Source: Azolla caroliniana (Eukaryota > Plantae > Polypodiophyta). Taken from it: a stretch of 64,000 nucleotides of DNA. The DNA lies in the NCBI GenBank assembly GCA_043228905.1, contig JBHGNT010000005.1:6634001-6698000 (forward strand), in the 5' to 3' direction. This document shows, in pieces, positions 28,601 to 40,088 of the stretch. Positions within the stretch are counted from its first letter, which is position 1, and each line of letters starts with the position of its first letter. Below the pieces are notes generated by a model, which worked only from the letters and a program-made list of their open reading frames with translations, did no database searches and was not told where the DNA came from. The translations under genes and the position numbers were made by a program.

Positions 28601-31600
28601 TCTTCGTCACTGTAACTGCATCATTGTCATCCTTTGGAAATAGGATATCCGACCAATCATCCAAAACAAACCTGATATTATATCAACATACAACTGCATC
28701 TTAATAAATAATATAACAATTTATTTTTCTTTAAGCAAACATTTCAAAGTGTATACAATTTGCCTCAAATGTTTCATAGTATTAGACTTCTCATCATAGT
28801 CTAGCCCTTCCATTGAGTGTAGACTTGTGCTACCAACCAAGTCTTGAATTTCACAAGGAATCATTGTGTTAGAGCTTGATCCTAATGTGATCATGAAATA
28901 AGGAAATATATCATAAGAAAATAGAGAGGAGAGAGAAAGAAGGGTGCCAATCCACCCGACCACCAGCGAGCAAAGGGATCGAGACGGACTCGAGCCTTGA
29001 TCCGCGTCCCATACCACCGTTGTGACATCGAGTCGTACTTGGTACTAGCGCGCTTGCTACAAGAGTTTAATCACCACAAGGACAAAGTCTTGACGTAATC
29101 GATAATGTGTCCAATGAGAGTAGTTAGGCCTCATATTTATAGCCAGACCTAAGCCCCCCAAGCAAGTTCACACTTAGCCTTAATGGGTTGTCTCAATCCC
29201 AAGGATTAAAAGTAATCCTTCCATTCTTTACACTCCCGGTTAACCCTCACATGCTATCCTCGTGTGTAAAATACTATGGTATAACTTACCACAGGATATT
29301 ATATGGTCATGCCCGTAACACATTGAACCATTCTGGTGCTTGCAGTTTCAGACCTGAGATATGCATATGGCTCTGGTATCCCACTATACCACTTATAGTT
29401 CAGTTGTAGAATTCTCTTCACACACCTAGTGTCCATATCTTTTGTACTAATGCTTTATCTAAGCCTGAACCACCCACAGCTGCTCCACCATTGGGATTAA
29501 CTCCTTTTTCAAAACAGGGCTGAACTCTCATGATTGCACCAATTGAGCCAATTCCCTTTTGGAAGAACAGTCCAATTGACCTTGATCCTTACCAATAGCC
29601 ATGCACTGTGTGTCCTAACTTTCTGCAATAACATCAGTTTCATGTGAACTTTTTCTTTTCCCACCCCCTCTTCTCTCAGGTGCCAAGTTATATCTCTTCA
29701 TCCATGAGTAATATGGTGGGTTCTTAAAAATTGGTGGTAGAAAAACCCCTAAAGTGTGAGAGTTATGACAATACCATCAAACTTCCAAACCTCTAAAAGT
29801 ATCCTCTAAACTTCTTTCCTAAACCCTAAATTGCTGTTATTTTACCACTGAATTTCTTTTTCTGACCTCATTTCACAGATTCCTACTTTTGCTACACAGA
29901 TTCTCAAGATTTTGAACCCTGATCTGAATCCCATGTGTCACACTTGTTGACCATGTACCTTATAGGAAAGAAACACAAAGACCGGATAGACTATAGATAG
30001 AGAAAAGAAACAGCTGAACCAACTTACAATTAGCAAAGAGAAGTTACAAGGCAAATCACTCTATGACGTGCTCTTTCTTAAAAAACTTGTTTTTGTCACC
30101 CACACTTTGGATTTATATGAGTAGCACAACTTCAAATGAGAATAGCACCACACTCTTTATCATAAGCTAACCGTGTGGTGTGGGCAGCTACAATGGATAG
30201 AATTGGCACATTACTGTAGAGAATCTGGCACATTCTCTTGCATCCCCTTCAGTCAACTGCATGAAATAATTCCAACAATGGTATCTACCATCAATGAAGC
30301 TTGTTCCTACACCATAAATATGCACCTGAAACGGTTTATAGAATTCTGATCCTCTCTATGGAGGCTCATACAGTATCTCAATAACTTCAATTCTAGGGAT
30401 CCTATTACACAATACGAACTGAGTGACTTCTTATTCATTGTTTGCTCTTATAAGTAGAGAGATTGAATACTTTATACTGCAGGAGAAAAGACATGTCTAC
30501 CAGTCTTATTGATTAATTGTCTAATGCCTTTCTCCCTTTGAGTGAATCAGATGTATCGATGATTGACAAGTTGCTATAAGCTCATAACATTTCTTTTGCA
30601 TTCATAATTTTTTTTATTTACTATTAATTTCAGGGGCATGTCGACCAGTCTTATTGATTGATTGTCTAATGCCTTTATCCCTTTGAGTGAATCAGGTGTA
30701 TCGATGATCAACAAGTTGTTATAAGCTCATAACATTTCTTTTGCATTTGTAACCTTTTTCATTTACAGTGACTTTCAGGGCCCTACAATCCTTTATAAGT
30801 GATTGTGAAGCCAATTTTGCTCGTATGAAAAGACTGGCAAATACATTGGAGCTAAGGTGTATAAGAATAAAGCACAATACAAAAGGATCAAGTATTAACG
30901 GAGGAAGGAACCTGAAGGGATATAGAGTTAGAGGCGTTTTTCAAAAGTAGAAAAAGCAGGAAAAAAGAAAAAGAAAAAGAAAACGCAAAAAGAAGGCAGA
31001 GAAAAAAGCTCATAACTTCTTCATCTCATATCCTTATTTCAAAAGAAAAGATTCGTGAGAAAGCTGTGAGACCTAACAAAGGAAGATTCGTGAGAAAGCT
31101 AAACTAGTAATATAAAAAAACGACTCACATAAACTCAAGGATATGAAAAAAAGAAAAAAGTAAGAATAACACAACCAAAAACCTATAAATAGGAAGGTAT
31201 TCTTAGCAATCAAGGGAGGAGGAATAGAATATCTACAAGGAGGAGGAGGAATAGAATATCTACAGGGAGGAGGAATAGAATATCTACAAGGAGGTGGAAG
31301 AATAAGAAGATTAGAAGAAGTGAGAAGAGGCTTAGTAGAAGAAAGAGGGAAGGAAGAATAAGAAGATTAGAAGAAGTGAGAAGAGGCTTAGTAGAAGAAA
31401 GAGGGAAGGAAGAATAAGAAGATTAGAAGAAGTGAGAAGAGGCTTAGTAGAAGAAAGAAAGGAAGAATAACAAGGCTAGAAGAAGTGAAAGGAGTCTTAG
31501 TAGAAGAAAGAGAGAAGAAGAAAAGACTATTATTGATTAGGGTCATTAAGATTAACGTAGTTCTTTGGTGGGGTTGTTCTTTTTAGAGTCCAAGAAGATT

Positions 31601-34576
31601 GTATTGTTTTCCTAATAATATATTGAAGTATTCATTTCTCTTCCTCTTCTCTTCTCTATCATTTTTCTATCTCTCCTCATCAGTGATCTTCCATCTCTAG
31701 CACACAGTTAAAGATACATAGGATCAACTTGACATAAGCTAAATTTTAGTTCCTAGGAAATCTCTCTCCAATCCATAGTTATATAAAGCATATATAAATT
31801 TCACATTAATATTGTGCATAGCTTAAAATGGAAAATGGAAAATGAACAATACTGTTTTGCCGGCTTCCAACGTAGCTTATAATCATCAGAAAGGCTAGTA
31901 ATCTGCCTTATTTTTTCTTCTAAAGATTCATCAGTCTGTATTCTCAACTTTGACAATGCATCAAATGAATGGCCTGTTCCAAAAATATCATTATTAGACA
32001 CCATACTTCGAAATGGATTTTTGTTGGATTGTAAGAAAATACATATCAGCTCTTACCATTGTCTATCCAATGTTCTTTCATCTTCCTTTCAAGAGTTTCT
32101 GCTCCAGATTTACCCAAACTTAATTCAATGATGCCACCTAGTCTTTCCTAATCAATCATTATAAGATCAAAAACACGCAGTCATAATCAATAACAAAGTC
32201 AAAACGGGGTCCAGAAAAAGTTATGATACATAATATAATACATACTAGTAAATGCCCATGGAATGCAATTGAAAAACATATTTCAAGGCTTAAAATCAAG
32301 CACAGAAGTTGACACATGGCAGAATTTGGTTGTTATATAGAATGATAGAATTTCTTAGCACCATTCAAATCAAAAGCAATTAACAGCTTCATAGGCAGGT
32401 CCAATGGGATGAAACTTTAAACTATGAATGCCAAACCAAGAACTAATGCAAACTATAATTCTACGTGTCATACACAATATTTGAGACTCTTTAATCTCAT
32501 GCATCTCCTAAATGATATTGTGTCCTAATTCAGAACTATCTATCAACAAACGAATGGAATCCAATTCCAAAATGCATTCAGAAATTCCAATCATATTATC
32601 CCTTTGAATAATTGGTTCATCACAATCAAATCTCCTTGACATAATACAAACCAAATGCAATGAGCCCCTTCATAAACTGATAGAGTTTTTCATAATCTGC
32701 AATGAGACCTTCAATCGAGATGAACTAAACCTGAAAATCAAAAATGCATTGCCAGGGGCATAGACTTACCTCTCCATAAATACAACATTCAAAACTCTCA
32801 ATCTCATGTAACATCCACATGACATTGTACTCCAGATCTGCACTACCTATCTTCAGAATTATGCCATCCATTTTGAAAAAGAGTGTTGCACATGTGACAT
32901 GGTTCCCTCCTAAAAATGGAAGTATCTTTCCACCAATAGTGACTTCTTTTTCCTCTTTTACAAATACCTAAAGCACAATACAAATAATTACACAATTTAT
33001 AAGTAGTAATCCAATTAAAAATGTTATTAAAAGCTGTTCAAATTTAATCTTATTTTAAAATTATCTAACACTGTCCTTGTTTTACTTATTTTTTATATCA
33101 GAATAAGGGAGGAAAACATTCTCATTAACTATCCCATTGACAGAGTTTCACATTGTCATCAAAGATACAATAGCCACACAAGTGATTGCTTGAGTTACTA
33201 TTTTGGACTACAATTTTCAAATCATGATTTCGAAAATCTGATATTTAGAGATTTACTTATTGAGAATAGAGATTTATAACATAGTCAATGGTGTGAAAAT
33301 TAATAGAATTAAAAACTCTCTAGAGTAAAGGATCTAAATTTTGTATACTAAGGACAGTATACTGTATTATTTTTAATATATGGATGTGTGTTCAAAATAA
33401 GTGCTGGTTCTCGAAGTTGATGCTCCATGCAAACATTTCACTGACATACCCGATTGTGATAAGCCTGAACAAAGTCGCAAATTTGTGTACTCCCATCTTG
33501 ATGTGAATCTGAATCAGAACTATCTGTCTGAAGAGAAAACTAACTGTCAAGTTTTTGCTTTCGACCTGTGACTACACTTCTACTTCAGACCGTGGAATAC
33601 TAACCTCAATTGTATCACTTTCAGGTGACTTATCGAGAATGGTGACCTCAATTGGATTGCTTTCATGCAATTTACCTCGTATAACTTCCTGGGATGTTAC
33701 CTTTCGATGAGGATTCTTTTTTGCTTGTCTTCCAGCCTTCACTCTTTTCCCAGTTACCACGGATCTTCGTTGCCGAACTTCAGGCAAATATATAGATTCA
33801 GAAGATTCTCGAGTCTTTGTATAGGAACAAACAAAGAAGGATGTTATGTGCATAATTATATAATGTATCTGTGTATGTGTGTGTTTAGATTGCATATTGA
33901 ATATAAATGTTATGTGTGTGTATGTATGTAGTTTAAAATGCCCAAAAATGGAGTAGATAAGCTTGTGCATTGGATATTGGTACATGTCTTTCTTTTAATT
34001 TCTTGCATGCATGATTTTCTTATGTGCATCATGGGCTGCATGTAAAGGTACATGAAATTCGGATGTTCAAAGTCTTTATGTTGCATTGATTACATGCAAT
34101 CCATGCTTTTCCAATGCATTTAGCACTAGAGACGAAAAACATATAGATCATTTCACTGTTCAATGTTCATATATTACACTCGACATTACATGCAATCCAT
34201 TTTTTTCCAATACATTTGACACACAAAGACCAGTACATAAACCTGCATAGGATAAGTACATAAGTTTTTATTGCAATTTGTTTTTTCTGATGCATTTGAG
34301 ACTTGATACCCATAAATAAAGATTTATAACAAGAGAATTAGGACATAAACAATTTCACTGCTCAAAAGCCACAGATGCTATGAAATATGAAGTACAAATC
34401 AATAGTCCCTGGGAGATATTGAGCTCACATGCACTGTGGAAAACCCTCTTCTTGATCTCTCTGTTCTTATTGTGACTTTTCAGCTCATCTTCCTCATTGA
34501 ATTCAAAGACATCCAATGGAGAGGATACATTTGAACTCTGATCATTCTTAATGCTTCGACCTTCCCTTGGTTCCAT
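25676..34576 (-). CDS. Ubiquitin-like (SUMO) protease, peptidase C48, ULP2/SPF-like, about 13 coding exons
   Basis: Spliced exons read by eye give MEPREG...LDVFEFNEEDE (from 34576), VFVKEEKEV...CCIYGE (~32967-32770), DILFPKDDNDAVTVTKNDYLLLNPDEFISDTLIDFYIK (~28671-28538), RFYFFNSFFFRKL...RWTTGIDIFEKDYLFIP (~27358-27177), AHWSLAIIC (~26690), ILHFDSLEGSH (~26490), VPQQTNYSDCGLFLLHYVELF (~25976) and SDWFDPVDASRKRKKIKLIL...SV* (stop at 25676). The His-Asp-Cys triad and oxyanion Gln are present. Some N-terminal junctions are uncertain. Confidence 0.9.
28867..29320 (-). mobile_element. Solo LTR (454 bp) in a ULP intron
   Basis: Termini are TGTTA...TAACA, flanked by an identical 5-bp TSD CATTG (28862-28866 and 29321-29325). 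A TATA-like 'ctataaata' lies on the minus strand at ~29135. Confidence 0.85.
30492..30781. repeat. Tandem duplication, ~145 bp x2 (intronic)
   Basis: 'catgtc.accagtcttattgatt.attgtctaatgccttt...ataagctcataacatttcttttgcatt...tttcaggg' occurs twice. Confidence 0.9.
30804..31682 (+). mobile_element. Solo LTR (~879 bp) in a ULP intron, with internal purine-rich minisatellites
   Basis: Termini are TG...CA, flanked by a 5-bp TSD GTGAT (30799-30803 and 31683-31687). 'ctataaata' lies at ~31182, and there are ~27-30 bp and ~57 bp tandem units at 31215-31510. Confidence 0.8.
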
Positions 34577-35514
34577 TGATAGCTACATTTGCATCCCAAA
34601 TAACTGCATGTACTGCTTGAGAAATTACATAATTCTGAAATCAAAGTTAATAAATATGTTTCTTTCTTATACAAATACGTTATTTTTCTTGCTTGATTGA
34701 AACTCAGTTTTCTTCCTTAGACAAAACCGAAACATAATTTCAAATAATGTTTTTGTTTCCTTAATCGAAAACACATTTTCTTCTATGTGCGAAGAACAAA
34801 TCATATTTCAAAAACGTTATTTCTTCCTTATACAGAGAGTTGAAACATAAAAAAACGCTTCTCTCCCTTAATCAAAACACAATTTTCTTCCTTATTAAGA
34901 CATCATTTCAAATGCTCTTATGTTCAAGTGAATCAAATTAAAAAATCATAAATTGAATCAACCCATGAGAATATCGATACATTCCATATGCTTATGTGAT
35001 GATTATCAGCACCATTTAACAGGCAGAAAAGAACCTTCTTCTGAGCAGAAGAAATCAACCAAGAGAAAAATAAATAAACACTTCTCTTGATAAATAAACA
35101 CTTCTCTTCATGCAGAGAAGGAAAACTAAAGCATTCATTAAAATGTTATAACAAAAAGTTCTCGCCTGATTCAGGAGAAGAAAACAAACCATTTCTGCAT
35201 ATTCCTTCACAAGCTTAGTGCACAAAAGCTCGTACCTAATACAGAAGATGATGGCGATGGTGATGGTGGTGATAGAATGCAGTAGTGAAATCAGTCGTGT
35301 GTGTGTGTGTGTGTGTGTGTGGATGATTCTGTTGATGAAGGAGGATGATCGCCTTCTTACAGCGATTCTTTCTTTCTACAGTAAATACATACATACAGAC
35401 ACACACACACACACACACATATACATAGTAACATATATATGTATATGTATGTATGTATGCATATATGTATATATATATATATATATGTATGTATGGCTCG
35501 TTGCTATCCTGCAC

Positions 35515-35655
35515 CAAATCATAAAGAGGGCTGGTGAGGGAATCGCGGCCACAGACGGTGCAGGTCGCCTAGAGGAAGGTGCGTGCGATCTGCACCGTCA
35601 GATTTCGATAAGGAAGAGCGCGCGAAAAAAAAAGTTGTTAGAGGTCGCCCAACTC
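35515..35655 (+). repeat. Left terminal inverted repeat
   Basis: caaatcataaagagggctggtgagggaatcgcggccacagacggtgcaggtcgc... matches the reverse complement of 43137-43277. Confidence 0.95.
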
Positions 35656-35880
35656 TGAGTCGATGGTCACCCAACCCTGTCAGAGGTCACCCAACTCTGA
35701 GTCGATGGTCACCCAACCCTGTCAGAGGTCACCCAACTCTGAGTCGTTGGTCACCCGACCGAAATTGGTCACCCAACTATGACTGTTGCAAGTTGCCCAA
35801 CCGTTTTAGGTCACCCAACCCTGACAGTTACAGGTTGCCCAACCGATTGGTCTCCCAACCGTTGCAGGTCGCCCAACCAA
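35640..35880 (+). repeat. Left subterminal array of GGTCACCCAAC(C/T) motifs, including 42-bp tandem units
   Basis: About 12 motif copies in one orientation; the 42-bp period starts at 35640, 35682 and 35724. Confidence 0.92.
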
Positions 35881-35929
35881 ATGTATCATTCCAACCAAAA
35901 TCTTCAAATAAGCTTGTTAATTACCCTTA

Positions 35930-36210
35930 AAACTTACAATAACATATCAAATAGTCACAAAATTCAACCTTAAAATACTTAAAACCGACGATCTTTACCA
36001 TACTTATGTTAAAACAAATAATCATATTAAAACATAAAAGTTGAAAGTTAAAAAACATTTAAAACATAAAATGAAGAATGTAAACTTACAATAACATATC
36101 AAATAGTCACAAAATTCAACCTTAAATTACTTAAAACCGACGATCTTTACCATACTTCTGTTAAAACAAATAATCCTGGCAAAACATAAAAGTTGAAAGT
36201 TACCAAACAT
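35930..36210. repeat. 152-bp tandem duplication downstream of the transposase
   Basis: 'aaacttacaataacatatcaaatagtcacaaaattcaacc...' occurs at 35930 and 36082. Confidence 0.9.
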
Positions 36211-39134
36211 TTATGGCTCATCCGGAGATGATGGCAAGATGCGACCACAATTCTTGCAACAATCAACATTTGAGTCCCTTGATCTAAAGGTCAAGGCATC
36301 GCAATGCAAGCATCGCATTTTATCTGTCGCACATATTGGCAACCGCCTCCTAGCTCGACTTGCGCCTCTTTGCATTTTTCCTGTGTGTGCCTTGGAAGTG
36401 TTTGGGGAGCTGCCAATAAGATCTTGTGAAATGTTGATTGATGCTCCCCTTTTTGCACCAATTGCTTGCTTACGCCCTATGGATCCACGGTCTTCTTCGT
36501 TAGTTGGTTTCGGTGCACCTGTGTGATACACCAATGTCTCACTTGTTTCTTGAATGGACTCCATACATGCCAAAATTGCTGCACAGTCGAGGGATTGTAA
36601 CCCTTGCTTAAAACATTGAATAGCCCCCTCAAGCGTTTGTAATTTCGACAAACATTCCTCCACTCGTGATGTTATAGGGTTTGTCTCCTCGACTGGTTCT
36701 ACCTCTGTCTCCATTTCCGTCTCTGTGAAATGGTCATTGCGCATATAGGTTGCATGATCTATAAAAGGCAATGACCCACATAGATGTGGCATGTGCCTCT
36801 CAATAATCATCCTGATGCCAAGTATATGCTTACATTTACTCGCAGGGTCGTGGCAATCACAATATGAACATTGGAGCGATACATTATACCATACATCCGG
36901 TTTTGTCAAGCTCAATATTTTAAACCAATATCGAGGCTCGTCCACAATATGCATTGTCGCATTATTAGTTTCATACCTCTCTAGTAGCCTTTCGGCCTCT
37001 TTAAGTCTAGTTGTTTGATCCCTACAATTTGCACGTGGTGCAAATCTACCACTCTCACATATTTCTTGTCGTTGCTTGTACCATTCAATAACAGTACCCC
37101 CGATGCAAGTGCCAGTTTGACTGTCCCCGATTAAAACATGCACAAGATCGGTAATTGATCGGTTTATCCTCCCTCTTAAGGCAGTATATTTGATAAACTG
37201 CCAATGTCTCTCCACAAGATTGGTAGTGTCAACATGTCCGTAGTTGAACATTCTACCAAATTTGGGCCACAGTTTCCTCCACACACATGTCAAGCCACAC
37301 CATCCTCCTTCTATATATTGCCAAACACCTGGCTTGTTTGCATATTCTACCTTTAAGTCCTCACATTGGGCATTGAATGTGGATTCCGTAATGCATTGCA
37401 TGAGTTGGCACATCCGATTATAAAGGTGGTTTCTCTCACTTGCACTTACCTTTGGCAACAAGTTGTCCAACCCTGCTTTTTTTGCATGGAAGTGACACAA
37501 CAAAAGTCGACAATGTGTTTGCGACCTTTGCCCATTTGTAACTATCCAAGATAATCGGTCTGTTGCAACCACATTACTTATGGCATTATACGATGTCCAA
37601 CTTTTATCGATGACTATGGCATTTGGCCTCACATTGGGCATCCGTGCAAATATGACTCTCAAGCAAGTTTCTAAAGCTACTTGCTCATGGTTAGACCCCT
37701 TATCAGAACTACATATCATGTACCATAATGGGATACCAACTCCCATGGCATTTGGAGCCACAGCTGCATATAATGGCAAGCCAAATTGGTTTGTTTTAAA
37801 CGTGGAGTCGATTGCCCAAGAGTTGTTTATCGACAGTCGCTCACACATCTTAACATCCATTCATCTTGGAGCACCAAGATGAACGGTTGCCTTGCAGGAG
37901 ATCCATATTCACCAGGCAAGTAGGGTTGGACATGAGCCACCTTCCCAAGATCTCGGAGGGCATAGGCATCTTGCATCATCAAAGACCAATCAACCCCTGA
38001 CATGGCACTCCCGATTTTTAACTTGTTGGCCATGTTATTGACCTCCTTTGGTATCATAAAGAACCTATAACTCACAAGGTCTAATGGACTAGCCTTGGAC
38101 TTATGATATGCTTCCTTACGCATGCTCATCCGTGCCACGTGTCGTGCGCAACCAACATCAAAAATGTCATCTCTACAACAACTTATAACATTTGGGGCCA
38201 CTGGCAAATAGTATGCATCTGGTCTACTTCCCGGTACATGACCCGTATGAGGTCCATATATTGAAAGGGTCACTGTCCCATGGTCAACCCCGCCATTCAT
38301 TCGAGCGTTCACATGAAAAGTACACCCACATCGAGATGAATGCTTTCTACGTCGAGTGCATGGATATTGCTTGTTGGCCACACCGGATCGGTGACAATTA
38401 TACCTAGTCACATGTGCACCCCTTGTGACCCCTGTACGAAAGCGTGTGTGATACCTCAATTGAACATCTATCAACGTATCATCAACCCTATGTGCCTCTA
38501 TCTTGATCACTTCTATGGGTCTAGACTTTTTATATTTCACGACACTTGTCCCCTCCATGTCAGATGGAGTTAACCTCGACACAACTTGACAACCGCATTG
38601 GTCAATCACTGCTTTCACATACGCACTAGGGATCCCATAGTCACGAAGGTCATTGGACCAATTTCTCTTTAATTCTGTCAGAGTACCTGTCAAAGAACGG
38701 TGCGATGCGCCACAATGTGACGCCAATACTATCTCCCTCCATTTCTCTACGTGCGTAATCTGAAGATGAGGCGATGCCTTAAGGTGTATTGCATTCTCAT
38801 TCATAAGCGTGAGACGACTCTTCATGCGCCTCCATGCATGTAAATTAAGAGGTGCCCCCCTTGCGAGTGTGCTTAATATTTCAAATGTTACCTTAACTTG
38901 ACCTAATAAATCTTTAAGCATTAAATCGTACATACCTCTAGTGAACGCAATATACCTCGCCGAACAATACATGAAGGGATCAACCTCCTCTGCCTCTTCT
39001 TCGGATGAAGCCGACTCATAGTCTTCGGATGTAGACGAATCCAAGTCATCGTCGATGGTTGCGGAGTATGGTGATGCATAACCATCCTCAGAATCATACA
39101 AGGACGTGATTAAATCTATTTCGTTGGGATTCAT
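36211..39134 (-). pseudogene. MULE-type DDE transposase (~975 aa if repaired) with a single 1-nt frameshift at ~37852
   Basis: ORFs 37827-39134 and 36211-37860 join as ...QDEWML/KMCERL... if one A is restored in 'ttaagatg'. Motifs are a WRKY/GCM1-like CGC...H..H, D1 in WAIDSTFKTN, D2 in IVIDKS, CxxH in LLCHFH, E in TTNLVERHW, a SWIM finger CDC...CKH and a C-terminal CxxC...CxxC. Confidence 0.9.
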
Positions 39135-39137
39135 CTC

Positions 39138-39375
39138 GAATGAATCTAACTAATCTAATTAAGAATCTAACTAATCTGGTTATAAGAATCTAACTAATCT
39201 GATTATAACTGATTAAGAATCCCCCTAATATGATTAAGACTCTAACTAATCTTATTAAGAATCTAACTAATGTGATTAAGAATCCCCCTAATCTGATTAA
39301 GAATCTAACTAATCTTATTAAGAATCTAACTAATCTGATTATAACTGATTAAGAATATAACTAATCCTGATTAGC
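39138..39375. repeat. ~21-bp minisatellite directly upstream of the transposase ATG
   Basis: About 10 copies of 'aagaatctaactaatctgatt' variants. Confidence 0.9.
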
Positions 39376-39545
39376 TTTTAGAGATTGTGCAAAATAAGAA
39401 TGTGATTAAGACGCAGAATGTGATTATAAGACAGATATTGGAGATGCAATGAGCTATGATTAAAATGACAGAGAATGGTTTAAAGTGACAGAGAATGTGA
39501 TTAATTTACATGTTAAGATGACCGTTTTTCTGGCCGTTTACATAA

Positions 39546-39660
39546 CAGGTTGGGCGACCTGGTTGGGTGACCAAAACAAAAGATAATTAATTTTAAAAGG
39601 TTTGGGCAACCTGGTTGGGTGACCAAAACAAAAGATAATTAATTTTAAAAGGTTTGGGCA
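39546..39660 (-). repeat. Internal cluster of the terminal motif (52-bp tandem units)
   Basis: ggttgggcgacc, ggttgggtgacc (x2) and gtttgggcaacc, about 400-500 bp upstream of the transposase ATG. Confidence 0.88.
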
Positions 39661-39985
39661 ATACCACAACTTGCGATTGGTTTAAAACCATACATTCAGA
39701 ACATCCACAATAATTGTTGGGAACAACATTTCCATTAACAAGTAATCGCGTTTACAATACCACAACTTGCGATTGGTTTAAAACCATACATTCAGAACAT
39801 CCACAATAATTGTTGGGAACAACATTTCCATTAACAAGTAATCGCGTTTACAATACCACAACTTGCAATTGGTTTAAAACCATACATTCAGATCATCCAC
39901 AATATTCAGATTGAGATAAATACATTCGGATTGAGATAAATAATTGTTGTAAACAACATTTCCATTAATAAGTAATCGCGATATA
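39659..39985. repeat. 96-bp tandem repeat x3 at the 3' end of the cargo gene
   Basis: 'caataccacaacttgcgattggtttaaaaccatacattcaga...' occurs at 39659, 39755 and 39851. Confidence 0.92.
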
Positions 39986-40088
39986 CAATGAGTCGATTCT
40001 CACTATACAAAATTTTTGGGGATTCCAAAATATAGTTACAACATCAGCTCTATAGCCAAATCTGTGCTGAAAACAACATTCCCAAAAT

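Noticed and set aside
35640-35880. CRISPR-like repeat-spacer pattern, and ORF 35583-35930
   Set aside because: The repeats are only 12 bp with short, partly repeated spacers inside a transposon end. The ORF is just a translation of the repeat.
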